Shown in pieces: positions 36,277-46,515 of a stretch of DNA of 64,000 bases (position 1 is the first letter of the stretch; every line of letters begins with the position of its first letter). The position numbers and the translations under genes are program-made. A model generated the notes under the pieces. That model was not told the DNA's origin. It made no database searches and saw only the letters and a list, made by a program, of their open reading frames with translations. Source of the stretch: a virus (taxonomy: Duplodnaviria; Caudoviricetes); IMG/VR virus record IMGVR_UViG_3300036772_000211, positions 961-64,960 of that record. The stretch is one strand, 5' to 3'.

Positions 36277-39200
36277 CCACCGATGTGATGATCGAGATTC
36301 AGGTGACGGACCCAGGAGGTGAGCGCTGGACACTGACGCAGCACCACGGGTTCGAGGAGCCTGTTGATGAGTGCGACGTCGAAGAGTGGAAGCGGTACGT
36401 GATCCGTTCAGGATGCCCGCGGGGCGAGATCGTTCGAGAGATGAGGCATGAGGCATGAAACCTGACGAAGCCGCGCGCAAATGGCTGGCCAACGTGTGGC
36501 CAGAGCACGAGCAGAACTACTTGCGTGACATTGATGTCGATGAGCAGCTGCAGGACGCGTTGGATCACTGCCTGGTGCAAGCGTTCCACGCCGGTGTGGA
36601 GTGGCAGCGAAAGAACGGCTCGATTAGGGCTCGCGTCGAAGGCGACATGCTGGTGAATATCGACCCTGTGACGTTCGAGGTGCAGCCATGAGTCACTGGT
36701 GCGATTTCTGCCAGGACAGCTTCGAGATCGACCACTTCGAGGATGGCTGCCACAAGGTTGGGTCAGCGTTTGGACCTGAAGGTCTGACCATGTGGAAGCT
36801 CAGAGAGCTACACCGCCTGGCTACTGAGATTAGCGAGCCGCCAAACTGGCGAGACGAAGTGCTGGTCATCTTGAACACGAGGGAGCCACGATGACGTTGA
36901 TGATCGGTACAACTGAACTCGCGAAGGCGTGCTACGCAGTGTGGCGGGCGTACGAGCAGCTGCATGGTCACGAGATGGCTCGCGTGCGCAGCTACTACGC
37001 GATGATCGAGATGCACCGCACGCTGGTGTGGGACCACCTGAGCAATCGCGAGCAGCAGCAGTGGCGCCAGGTGGCAATGGCTGCGGGACAGAAGCTCACC
37101 GGGGCATTCGGCGATCGCGAGGTATGCGCGGCGTGTGATGGCAGCGGTGCCGAGACTGTGCAGCACGAGTGTGAGCGGTGTCATGGGGCGGGTCACATGT
37201 TGGGCGACGGCTGGGAAGTGATCACAGTCGCACCCAGCGACGATCCGTCCGGCGCGCAGGATGTCGCGAACATGCGAGCCGCGCTGGGCGGCGAGTGTGA
37301 CACAAGCCCGGACACGTGCGACACGGGCGAGCTAGACTAGTCAGGCAAGCACGACAACATGGAGCAGGCACACATGGTTCGAGCAGAATTCGTGATACGC
37401 ACGATCAATTTCAAGCCAGGCAAGGATGCCGACGGTAACGAGGTGACGGTGGCCGAGGTCAAGCTGGTGACCGATGACCTGACCGCGGCAACGCGGCTGG
37501 GTTGGGCGTTACGCAAGCTGGCCAACGTGAGCTTCGAGTTCTTGCAGCCGACGCTGCCGATGCAAGACGAGCAGCTGGGGCTGCCGAACAAGAACATCGA
37601 CGTCACACTGCCGGCGCGCGAAGCCGATCTCAGGGCAGACATGACCGAGATCATTGGCGACGGCGTGTACTCGCGCGAGAGCGATCAGCCGTCAGACCCG
37701 GCTGTCACTGAGCAGCTGGCTGAGATGGGCACGTGGACTGGTGGTGAGCAGCGCACTGGTCTGTGTGCGCACGGGCGCTACTACGACCGAGCCTGTCCCG
37801 AGTGCGATCGCAGGCCCACCGAGTGGAAGCCGACCACGCGCGAGGAAGTCCTGGCTGACCTCGACAAGCGATCCGAAGCGCTGGACTCGCGATGAGGTGC
37901 CTGTGGTGCGGCACGTGGGTCTTTGACAGTCAGGACCATGAACGGCCGCTGAAGACAGGGACGATCCGTCTGCTCATCGACCACCTGGCCGACGTTCACC
38001 GCGTGGTGAGGGTATGAAGCGCTCACAGGTAAAACGGAAGCGCTCGCAAGCGCAGCGCGAAGCGTTCGCGCTGCTGGCCGGCATCCCACTTGAGCAGCTG
38101 AACAAGCCGAAGACGAAGCGCGTCATCACCGTCTGGGAAACGTGCCGCGTCTGCGCTGACCAGATGTACGGAGGCCCGCGCTGTTTCGAGCACAACCCCA
38201 CGCCGGAGCAGCGTGAACGAGGTGCGGCATGAAGACCTACGTGGTACGCGTCGGTGACAAGTCAGCGCTGACGAACGCCGAGGACGAGGTGACCGCGGTC
38301 AAGCTCGCGCGTGCTCGCGGCCTGGTCGGCAGCCGGTACGAAGTGATCGACCACGACTGCAACGTCTGGATGGTCGACGTCAGCGAGGTGGGCAATGGCT
38401 GATCAGTGGCAGGAGCGAGCACGCCAGGCACAGGACGAGTTCGCGATGAAGATGCCGGGCAGCGAGTTCAACCAGATCATGGGCGGCGGTATGACGAGCA
38501 CGTCTGGGTCACTGACTTACCCAATGCCGCCGCCGAAGCAGCTGGACGAGCGCATGGCTCACATCGTCGGCGACCTGATCACTGCACGCCAGGTGCTCGA
38601 TCGCGTGCTCGGCACCAGCAAAGGTGAGCCAGCCAACGAGCCAGAAGGCATCGAGCGAGGGCTGGTATTCGCGGTCGACCAGGCTGGCCACCTGGCTCAG
38701 ACCATCAACAAGCTCGCCCAGGAACTCGAAGCCAGGATTGGCAGACTGTGATGCCCGATCACACCGAGACAGTGCTGCGCAACATCGCCATCGGCACGGT
38801 TGTCTGGATGGCGCTCGCCTGCGTTGTGGCCGCGGCGTTCAGCTGGTGGGTGAAGGTGAGACGCTGGCGTGAGTGAACCAGGCGAGAAGGCATTTCTGGA
38901 TCTGTTGCTGAGCAACCTGCCAGGCGACGTCAAGCACGCGATGATGATCCTCGTTGATGACGACGGCAACATCGAGACTGCGGAAGCCAACCTCGGGCCG
39001 GAGAACATGATGCTGGTGTGCTTCAGCCTGGCGTGCTCCATCGCACAGGATCTGAAGTCCAGCGGCAAGTATCCCGCGGACTATCCGACCGAACACCGCA
39101 ACGGCAAGACCAAGCCGTTGCTCTACCTGCCGCCAGACCTGCAGAGAAAGCTGGATCAGCTGTGACCCTCAAGCTCGTGCCGACCGTCAGGCGGCGACTG

Positions 39201-39502
39201 TCCAGATTGCGACGCCTCGGCGAGCACTCGTACTACGTCAACCTGTGGACGCACACCGTCTACGTCTGGTGGCCATGATGGACCCGAAAGACCCTCAGCG
39301 CCTGTTCAGTAACCGCACGCTGTGGCTCGATGCCGAGTCGATGGAAGTCGCGCGCGATCGTTTTTGGAAGGCGTGGCTGTCGCGTACAGAGCATGCGCCT
39401 GAAGGCTGGCATCACGAGGTCTGGAACATCGCCTGGGCAGCTGGCATCAGCGCCTATCTGTACATGGCCGAAGGGAATTTAGGCCCTGATCCACAGCAGT
39501 GA
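36273..39502 (+). other. Run of small rightward hypothetical genes (e.g. 36455-36691, 36891-37340, 37359-37895, 38014-38232, 38395-38751, 38869-39165)
   Basis: Coupled ORFs between the replication and packaging modules. Confidence 0.6.
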
Positions 39503-39560
39503 CTGGCGCAGTCAGTCAAGCACGCGTAGACTTTGAGCGCGTGCCTGACCCACGCTGACC

Positions 39561-40031
39561 GTGCCACGTGAACGCAAGCCTGCTCGCCACTACGATCCAG
39601 AGACGATCGCGACCGCGATCAGGCGCTACATGGCCGGCGATTCCGCGGTGTCGATCGCTCGCGATCTGGGCGTCACACGCTTCGTCGTCCACGGGTGGAT
39701 CAACCGTCACGACCCGGCGCACGCGCCGGTCCCGCGGCAGATGTACCAGCGCAATGCCGAAGAGCTAGCGCAGCTGGTCTATGACACGGTCACCGAAACC
39801 CTCAACGCAATTAGAGCTAGAGCCATCGCGACTCGCTCGGTGGAGTGGATCACGGCACAATCGGCCAACGACCTTGCCCAGCTGGATGCTGCTCAGTGGG
39901 ACAGAGTCATCCGCATGGTTCAGGCCCTCCGACCTCGCCCGGCAAGTGACGAAGAAGCCGGTGATGCCGCGGACGCCTCAGACGACGAACCTGCGGTTCA
40001 TCGAAACGGAACCGTGGACACCACCGACTGA
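39561..40031 (+). CDS. Terminase small subunit-like HTH protein
   Basis: N-terminal HTH (SIARDLGVTRFVVHGW); overlaps the terminase large subunit gene. Confidence 0.65.
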   Translation: MPRERKPARHYDPETIATAIRRYMAGDSAVSIARDLGVTRFVVHGWINRHDPAHAPVPRQMYQRNAEELAQLVYDTVTETLNAIRARAIATRSVEWITAQSANDLAQLDAAQWDRVIRMVQALRPRPASDEEAGDAADASDDEPAVHRNGTVDTTD

Positions 40032-41637
40032 CGCGCACCCAGGCTGCAGCCTGTTCGAGTTCATCAAGCAAGCCTGGCGCATCCTCGAACCAGCCGAGCC
40101 GTTTGTCGACAACTGGCACCTCCACGAGTTCGTAGAGCACGCCGAAGCCGTCAGCACTAGCAAGCTGGCCGAGTCCAGCCTGCTGATCAACACGCCACCA
40201 GGCACGTCGAAATCGCTGTTCTGGGCCGTGTTCTGGCCAGCCTGGGAATGGACCTGGGCGCCATGGACGAGATGGCTGACGATGTCCTACGACGAGGGCC
40301 TGGCGCTGCGCGACGCGGTCAGGTGCCGTCGGCTGATGCAGACGCAGTGGTATCGCCAGGTGGCCATGAGCGAGCCGTGGGAGTTCGTCGGCGACCAGAA
40401 CGTCAAGGGTAACTACGTCAACGATCGCACGGGCTGGCGCATCGCCACCTCGATCAAGGGCGCCGTCACCGGCAACCACGCGCACCGCGTCATGGTCGAT
40501 GACCCGCACAACGTCAAGAAAGCTGAGTCGGACGCCGAGCGCGAGAACACGCTGAGCATCTGGCGTGAAGCTATCCCGAGCCGCGTGCTGCCAACTGGCA
40601 CCCGCGTGATGATCGGCCAGCGCACCCACGAGCTTGACGCGACCGCGGACTGGCTCGATCGCGAGAAGAGCGACATCCATCACATCGAACTCAAGATGGA
40701 GCACGAGGTGCCGAAAGGGGGTGGTCAACCTGAGCGAGCATCCAGTGAACTGCGTCTGTCAGATGTGCACGATGATTCGCCCGCAGTCTCTGTGGCCGGC
40801 TGGTGCTCGCTGACCAGCCGGCCACATGACCCCAGAGCGAAAGAGGGCGACCTGCTGGTGCCCGACCGCTACCCGCGGTCAGTGCTTGAGAGGCGCAAGA
40901 TCGAGCTAGGCCCGTACGCGTACTCGGCGCAGTACCAGCAGGCACCTACGCCGCGCGCCGGCATGGTTGTCGACCCCAGCTGGATCGTCCAGTCGCCCGA
41001 GCAAATGGACCTGAGCCACTTCGATCTGGTGATGGTCTGGGATCTCAACTACTCCAGCCGCGACGCCAGCGACTGGACGGTAGGCATGATGGCCGCGGTC
41101 GAACGCGTGCCCGACCTGCCGAAGATCCACATCGTCGGCATCTACCGCGACCACCTGTCGTCAGAGATGCACGACAAGGTCATCGCCGATCAGATCGTGC
41201 TCTACAAGCCGCTGATGGTCGGCATCGAGAAGCGCGCCTTCGAGAAACAAGGCGCGACCCAGGATCTGATGCGCCAGGTGATGCTGCGCCTCGATCGAGC
41301 GCGCGTCACGACGAGCCTTGAACCTGTCGACGCCGACGAGGACAAGGTCGCCAGGGCCATGATCATCCCTGGCCGCGCCAAGGCTGGCCTGATCACCGCG
41401 GACAAGCGCGCAGCCTGGTGGAGCGCGTTCAGCCGCGAGCTATCGAGCTTCCCGAAAGGCGCCAACGATGATCAGGTCGACTGCCTGGCGCATCTGGTGC
41501 GCCTGGTCGTGGAGAAGCTCTCGCGTGTGCGTAGCCAGCGGGCGCTGCTCGGCAAGAGCGCGCACATGCAGATCGTTGCCTCAGTGCCGCCGCCCAAGCG
41601 TGAGGGCTGGCAGACGATGGTGGATTCAGTCAGGTGA
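39964..41637 (+). CDS. terL: Terminase large subunit
   Basis: NWH, PPGTSKS, TGNHA, MVDDPH, QRTHE.D, AQYQQAP, WDL..SD, FPKGANDDQVD. Start is uncertain. Confidence 0.95.
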   Translation: MPRTPQTTNLRFIETEPWTPPTDAHPGCSLFEFIKQAWRILEPAEPFVDNWHLHEFVEHAEAVSTSKLAESSLLINTPPGTSKSLFWAVFWPAWEWTWAPWTRWLTMSYDEGLALRDAVRCRRLMQTQWYRQVAMSEPWEFVGDQNVKGNYVNDRTGWRIATSIKGAVTGNHAHRVMVDDPHNVKKAESDAERENTLSIWREAIPSRVLPTGTRVMIGQRTHELDATADWLDREKSDIHHIELKMEHEVPKGGGQPERASSELRLSDVHDDSPAVSVAGWCSLTSRPHDPRAKEGDLLVPDRYPRSVLERRKIELGPYAYSAQYQQAPTPRAGMVVDPSWIVQSPEQMDLSHFDLVMVWDLNYSSRDASDWTVGMMAAVERVPDLPKIHIVGIYRDHLSSEMHDKVIADQIVLYKPLMVGIEKRAFEKQGATQDLMRQVMLRLDRARVTTSLEPVDADEDKVARAMIIPGRAKAGLITADKRAAWWSAFSRELSSFPKGANDDQVDCLAHLVRLVVEKLSRVRSQRALLGKSAHMQIVASVPPPKREGWQTMVDSVR

Positions 41638-41888
41638 GTGCGATCGAGTTCGAGGTGTTGTACTGCGACGGGCAGCGCGAGGTGGAAATCCAGGGCGACT
41701 GGCCTCAGCAGACGTCGATCAGTATCGGACTGCTAGAGGTATCTGATCCAGGCATCCTGCGTCGCGAAGACGACAAGATCACCATCGACGTCGACAACGC
41801 TGCGGCCACGTATCGCATCATCGGCGAAGACCAGTCGCTGCCATGCGTGCAGTGCGAACTGATCCAGGGCGCGGTGCATGGCAGCTGA
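41634..41888 (+). CDS. Hypothetical protein
   Basis: Overlaps terL and the portal-like gene. Confidence 0.5.
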   Translation: MSAIEFEVLYCDGQREVEIQGDWPQQTSISIGLLEVSDPGILRREDDKITIDVDNAAATYRIIGEDQSLPCVQCELIQGAVHGS

Positions 41889-44058
41889 TCCACGCCAGGA
41901 CACGACTGCCAACGGTCAGCGCTTCAACCTGGCCGATTACTGGTCGCAGCACTATGAGCGCTTCAGAGATTCGCGTGAACGCGTGCGGTTGTGCGCGCTG
42001 CTGCGTCGCGGTGAGGACCAGCCGGCTGTGCCGAGCGACATGGACTCGGCAGACGCGTTCCGCATCCAGACGCCGATGGCGCCGAAGCTCGTGCAGGACG
42101 TCATGCAGAACTTCACCGCGAAGCTGCCAGACATCAAGCGCAACAGTGGGCCCGGGCCGATGGCCGAGCGCACCGCGGAGAAGATCGAGCACTTCCTGGG
42201 CCAGTCGGGCAAAGCCGGCGCGCTTGGCGAGCTACGCAGCGGCGGCGAGGAAATCTGGGAGAGCCTGGTTGCGCACAGCGCTGAGGGCGAGTACGGCATG
42301 CTGGTCGTCCCGCGCGCAGCGCACTGGTCGGGCTTGCTCGATTTCACCGAGCCCGATCCTGACAACCCCGAGGGGCCAGGCAAGGTCCAGCCGTTCTTCC
42401 AGCGTGACGCCAGCGGCAACTCGCCCGAAGACATTCTGTACGCCAACCCGCACGAACCCGAGTTCGACTTCCAGATAGACGATCGGAAGAGTGCCGACGC
42501 GTACTATGCTTATGCTCGCGACGCCAAAGCGCGCCGTCTGCCGATCGTGGCTGTGGTTCTGGCCCCTGACGTGTGCCTGCCGATCGGGCTGGACCCAGCC
42601 ACGGGACGCGTGGATGCGCTGCTGGTGCGTACCGTCCGCAGCGCTCGCTCGCTGAACCGCGACGGCTTCCACTGGGTGATGCTGGGTGCCGGCGACGCGC
42701 CGACCGACCAGAGCCGCAGCTGGATGGAGACGTCAGTGCTCCGCGGCCTCGATCAGCGCCTGTTGCTGTACGAACTCTGGGTGCCTGGTGGCGTCTACTA
42801 CCAGATCGGCAGCGTGCCGCCGAAAGGCCAGGAACCTGTCGGCTACCCGACCAGCTTCGCGGTCTACAAGCGCGACGGCAGCATCATCGACAGGCACGAG
42901 GCGTTCGTCAACCTCGAAGCCGAGTACGGCATCACTGACGTGCCAGGCGGCTACTTCTACGGTTGCCACTGGGCCGCTGAACTCGATCCCGACAAGAAGG
43001 GCTACCCGCTGCTCTGGACGTACCGCTCGATCATCAAGGGCCTGAACCAGACGGTCAGCGCCGACGTGGCGCACATGTACAACGTGGCCTACGGCGGCTG
43101 GCTCATTGACCCGACCGGCATCGACCCGAAGTTCTGGACGGAGAACGGCAGGCCGATGTCGGTCAGGATCAAGCGTGGCGAGGTCACGTATGTTGCAGGC
43201 AAGCCTGTCCCTGCGGTTCATCCTGGCGTGAACAAGGACACCAGCGCGTTTATCACCTTCGCGCTCAGCCAGCTGGGATCGACCTCGCCCCCAGGCCCAG
43301 GCTCGCAAGCTGGGGCCGGTCCTGTCGCGATGGGCGTGGCGCAGGTCAACAGCGAGTACGCTCAGGCGCAGATCCTGGCCGGCGCGGTCAGGGGCTACAA
43401 GCGCTGCGCCGAGATCGTGCTGGAGATCACCGCGGCACTCAGCGAACGACTCGGCGAGCCGATCCCCGTCTACACGCGCATCGACCGCGATGGCAAGCGC
43501 CACGACCTGCTCGAACTGTCCAGCAAGGACATCAACAGCGACTACGGCGTCGACGTCGTGTTCCCGACCAAGAAGGGCAGCAACGTCCCGCTGGCGCAGG
43601 CTGGCTACCAGTGGATGCAGGGTCAGAATCCGGCGATCAGCCACTACACCTGGCTCAGCGATATGTGGGGCGAAGAGTTCCCCGAGGAGGAGATCGACAA
43701 GATCAACGTCGAGAAGGCGCTCAATTCACCTGAAGGCCAGAAGCTGGTCTGGGACATCGCATCGAAGATCAGCGGCGATCGCGAGATGGCCAAGATCGCC
43801 AAGCTGCAGCAGGCAGGTCAGATGACGCTCGGCGGCACGCCCACCGCGCTGCTGCCGCCCAGACCACCCGTCTCAGGAGGCGTGGGACCAGCCGGGACGC
43901 CAGCCCCGGGAACCGCGGGCGTCCAGGCCGGCAACCCGGCCATCTCCAGCCTGGGTGGCCAGATGAACGCGACGATGGGCAACGGAATCCAGAGCGACAT
44001 CATGCAGCAGACCGGCCAGGGCGCCGCGCTCGCGCCGAACGGCGCCATAGGAGGGTAG
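41878..44058 (+). CDS. Portal protein (probable)
   Basis: 726 aa directly after terL; helical with a low-complexity C-tail as in podoviral portals. Confidence 0.7.
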   Translation: MAADPRQDTTANGQRFNLADYWSQHYERFRDSRERVRLCALLRRGEDQPAVPSDMDSADAFRIQTPMAPKLVQDVMQNFTAKLPDIKRNSGPGPMAERTAEKIEHFLGQSGKAGALGELRSGGEEIWESLVAHSAEGEYGMLVVPRAAHWSGLLDFTEPDPDNPEGPGKVQPFFQRDASGNSPEDILYANPHEPEFDFQIDDRKSADAYYAYARDAKARRLPIVAVVLAPDVCLPIGLDPATGRVDALLVRTVRSARSLNRDGFHWVMLGAGDAPTDQSRSWMETSVLRGLDQRLLLYELWVPGGVYYQIGSVPPKGQEPVGYPTSFAVYKRDGSIIDRHEAFVNLEAEYGITDVPGGYFYGCHWAAELDPDKKGYPLLWTYRSIIKGLNQTVSADVAHMYNVAYGGWLIDPTGIDPKFWTENGRPMSVRIKRGEVTYVAGKPVPAVHPGVNKDTSAFITFALSQLGSTSPPGPGSQAGAGPVAMGVAQVNSEYAQAQILAGAVRGYKRCAEIVLEITAALSERLGEPIPVYTRIDRDGKRHDLLELSSKDINSDYGVDVVFPTKKGSNVPLAQAGYQWMQGQNPAISHYTWLSDMWGEEFPEEEIDKINVEKALNSPEGQKLVWDIASKISGDREMAKIAKLQQAGQMTLGGTPTALLPPRPPVSGGVGPAGTPAPGTAGVQAGNPAISSLGGQMNATMGNGIQSDIMQQTGQGAALAPNGAIGG

Positions 44059-44059
44059 A

Positions 44060-44551
44060 TTGCCAACCGAACTCGACAACATTCTCGCCCCGCCGTTCGA
44101 GGCGAACCCGATGGACGTGCGCGTCTGGAATGACGATGGCAACGGCGGCGGTCAGCGCCAGATGGGCAACATCGTCGGCACGCTGCTGGCCAGCGGTGTG
44201 CGCACGACCAACACCAACGGCCTCGCGATGGTCAACCCCAACCATCGCGGCCTGGTCCTGTACGCCAACGTCACCGCGTTCAGCGGCACCACGCCGACAC
44301 TGCAGTTCCGCATCAACTCGATCGACCCGATCACGGGCACCCCGCAAATCCTCTGGCTGCCGGTAGCTGTTGCAGCCGCGGCTGGCGAGTTCGTCTGGAT
44401 CATGTACCCCGGCTACACCACGGCCCTGACCGGCGCGGTGAACACAGTCGTGGCTAGTGGCGTGCTTACCCGCACTTGGAGCGTCGACTTCGTTATTGGC
44501 GGCACAACGCCGAGTACCACCTTCAGCCTGGGTTACAGCCTGCTTCTCTGA
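44060..44551 (+). CDS. Beta-sandwich virion protein
   Basis: NVTAFSGTTPTL..GGTTPSTTFS motif. Confidence 0.55.
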   Translation: MPTELDNILAPPFEANPMDVRVWNDDGNGGGQRQMGNIVGTLLASGVRTTNTNGLAMVNPNHRGLVLYANVTAFSGTTPTLQFRINSIDPITGTPQILWLPVAVAAAAGEFVWIMYPGYTTALTGAVNTVVASGVLTRTWSVDFVIGGTTPSTTFSLGYSLLL

Positions 44552-44562
44552 GGAGGTTCATT

Positions 44563-44799
44563 ATGGTCGTAGTCAAAAGCATCGACGTCGTTTCACACCC
44601 CGTCTTCGCTATCTGCCAGCTGGACACGGGCAAGACCTGCAAATTCCCGAAGGTCAAGCCGACGGGCGCCAGCGACGCCAGCGATGCCGCGTGGCAGACG
44701 CGCTTCCAGACCGAACTCGTCAACGCCATCGGCGCGGTCATGATCAGCGGTAGCGGCAGCAACAAGAACGCCACTCATCACCTCGCCGGCCTGGCGTGA
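44563..44799 (+). CDS. Hypothetical protein
   Basis: GGAGG RBS before ATG 44563. Confidence 0.5.
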   Translation: MVVVKSIDVVSHPVFAICQLDTGKTCKFPKVKPTGASDASDAAWQTRFQTELVNAIGAVMISGSGSNKNATHHLAGLA

Positions 44800-45161
44800 G
44801 CCACGAGGAACAGGTTCTCCAAGAGCTTCGGCTGATCCGTCAGTCGATGCACCGTCCGCCGATGCGGCACGGTTGGCTGAAGCTGTTCGTCCACGACCTC
44901 GAATACAACCCGCAGACCCAGTACAAGGTGCATCTCTATGCCGCGTACTTCTGGGTCATCAACGCCATTGCGGTGACGATTGCGCTGTTCGCGTTCCCCG
45001 ATCAGTGGAACATGATCGCCGTCTTCTACGTCGCGCTCGTGTCGCTGTACGCCAACTTCGCGACGGACTACGGCGCGATGAGCGCAACGCTGGCCGCGAT
45101 GGGACAGATGCCGCTGCCCGAGATTCCAGTCGAGGCCCACGTCAATGAGCCCTCTCAGTAA
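44796..45161 (+). CDS. Two-TM membrane protein
   Basis: Hydrophobic helices; VSLYANFATD motif. Confidence 0.6.
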   Translation: MSHEEQVLQELRLIRQSMHRPPMRHGWLKLFVHDLEYNPQTQYKVHLYAAYFWVINAIAVTIALFAFPDQWNMIAVFYVALVSLYANFATDYGAMSATLAAMGQMPLPEIPVEAHVNEPSQ

Positions 45162-45318
45162 GAAGGGGGCCAAGATCCTCGACGCCATGACCAAGGAGTA
45201 CGGCGACGAGAAGAAAGCCAAGTCAGTCATGTACGGCAGCATCAGCGAGGGACGCATTACAGGGGCTGACCCCACATTCGAGAAGCGCATGAAGGCGCGC
45301 AAGTCTAAGAAAGGCTGA
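45145..45318 (+). CDS. 57-aa basic protein
   Basis: Manual translation MSPLSKKGAKILDAMTKEYGDEKKAKSVMYGSISEGRITG.. Confidence 0.6.
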   Translation: MSPLSKKGAKILDAMTKEYGDEKKAKSVMYGSISEGRITGADPTFEKRMKARKSKKG

Positions 45319-45321
45319 GCG

Positions 45322-45798
45322 ATGGCAAATCTCACAGCGGCCAGTCGGAACAAGTTGAAGTCCAGCCAGTTCGCTCTGCCAGGGAAGGGCGAAGGCGAAG
45401 GCGGCAAAGGATCGGGTAGCTATCCGATTCCAGACGAGGAGCACGCCAGAGCGGCTCTGAGTCTGGCGCATAACGCTGGCCCCGCGGGCGAAGCCAAGAT
45501 CCGCGCTAAGGTCGCGGCGAAGTTTCCAGGCATCAAGGTGAGCGGCGCCAAGCACAAGCCGACGCACGGCTCGGGCAAGCTGACCGCGATGGGCTCCAAG
45601 ACGCTCGGCGCGCTGCAGGATAAGCACGGCGCTGACGAAGGCAAGAAGCGCTTCCACGCCGCGATGGACAGCGGCAAGCTCGATAAGGGACGCATGATGA
45701 GCGCGGCCGAGGACGAGGCCGAAGACAAGAAAGCCGGCATCAAGGAAGGCTCGGCCAAGGACAAGGCCCTCGACAAAAAGCGCGGGGTGAAGGACTAG
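45322..45798 (+). CDS. Basic phage protein
   Basis: LT...R..L..SQFALP..YPIPD..HARAAL motif. Confidence 0.65.
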   Translation: MANLTAASRNKLKSSQFALPGKGEGEGGKGSGSYPIPDEEHARAALSLAHNAGPAGEAKIRAKVAAKFPGIKVSGAKHKPTHGSGKLTAMGSKTLGALQDKHGADEGKKRFHAAMDSGKLDKGRMMSAAEDEAEDKKAGIKEGSAKDKALDKKRGVKD

Positions 45799-45801
45799 CG
45801 C

Positions 45802-46515
45802 ATGCTTCCCCCGCAGCCTGCTCAGCTGGGGCCGGCGAATCCACCCGTTCCTGCAGTTGCCGCCAGCCCTGGCGCTGCGGGAGCTATGCCACCTCCCCCC
45901 GGTGCGGGTGGTGCGCCGGCCCCGCCTCCCGCGGCACCGATGCAGCCTGGTCCGAACACATCAGCGACGATCCCGACGGGTATTCCGCAACCACCTGTGC
46001 AGCCGCCGGTGCCCGCCGGCCCACTGCCCCCGATTCAGCGCACCATGCCGCCGCAGGAAGGTGTGACCGCGGAGAACGCCCAGAACCCGTTCGAGCGCGT
46101 GGCCGCGCTGGTCGTGGATCAGGCCCAGAACCTGGCGCAGCGGCTGTCGGCCAACCTGAGTGAAGCTCCCGCGAACTCGCGCGAGCTTTCGCCTGACGAA
46201 ATCAAAGCCATGTGGTACTACTCGCCGACTGGCCAGACGCCGACGCAGGCTGACGCCACGTTCTGGCAGGTCCACGATCAGGTTCTGGCGCAGACCGGAG
46301 ATCCCAACCAGGCCGAGACGCAGGCGATGAAAGCCTCGTACCCGTACCGTCCGACCCTGGCCCTGGTCGGCGCTGCCAATGCCGAGAAGCAGGTCCAGAT
46401 GGCTGAGTACCTGCGCAAGAGCATCGACGGCGACCAGGCGCCCGATTCGGCACAAACGGGCTTCGACGCCGCGATGCATAGCACCGCGGTCAGGAACGCG
46501 AACGGGAGTGTCTGA
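45802..46515 (+). CDS. Pro-rich virion-associated protein
   Basis: Long ORF coupled to the next gene. Confidence 0.55.
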   Translation: MLPPQPAQLGPANPPVPAVAASPGAAGAMPPPPGAGGAPAPPPAAPMQPGPNTSATIPTGIPQPPVQPPVPAGPLPPIQRTMPPQEGVTAENAQNPFERVAALVVDQAQNLAQRLSANLSEAPANSRELSPDEIKAMWYYSPTGQTPTQADATFWQVHDQVLAQTGDPNQAETQAMKASYPYRPTLALVGAANAEKQVQMAEYLRKSIDGDQAPDSAQTGFDAAMHSTAVRNANGSV

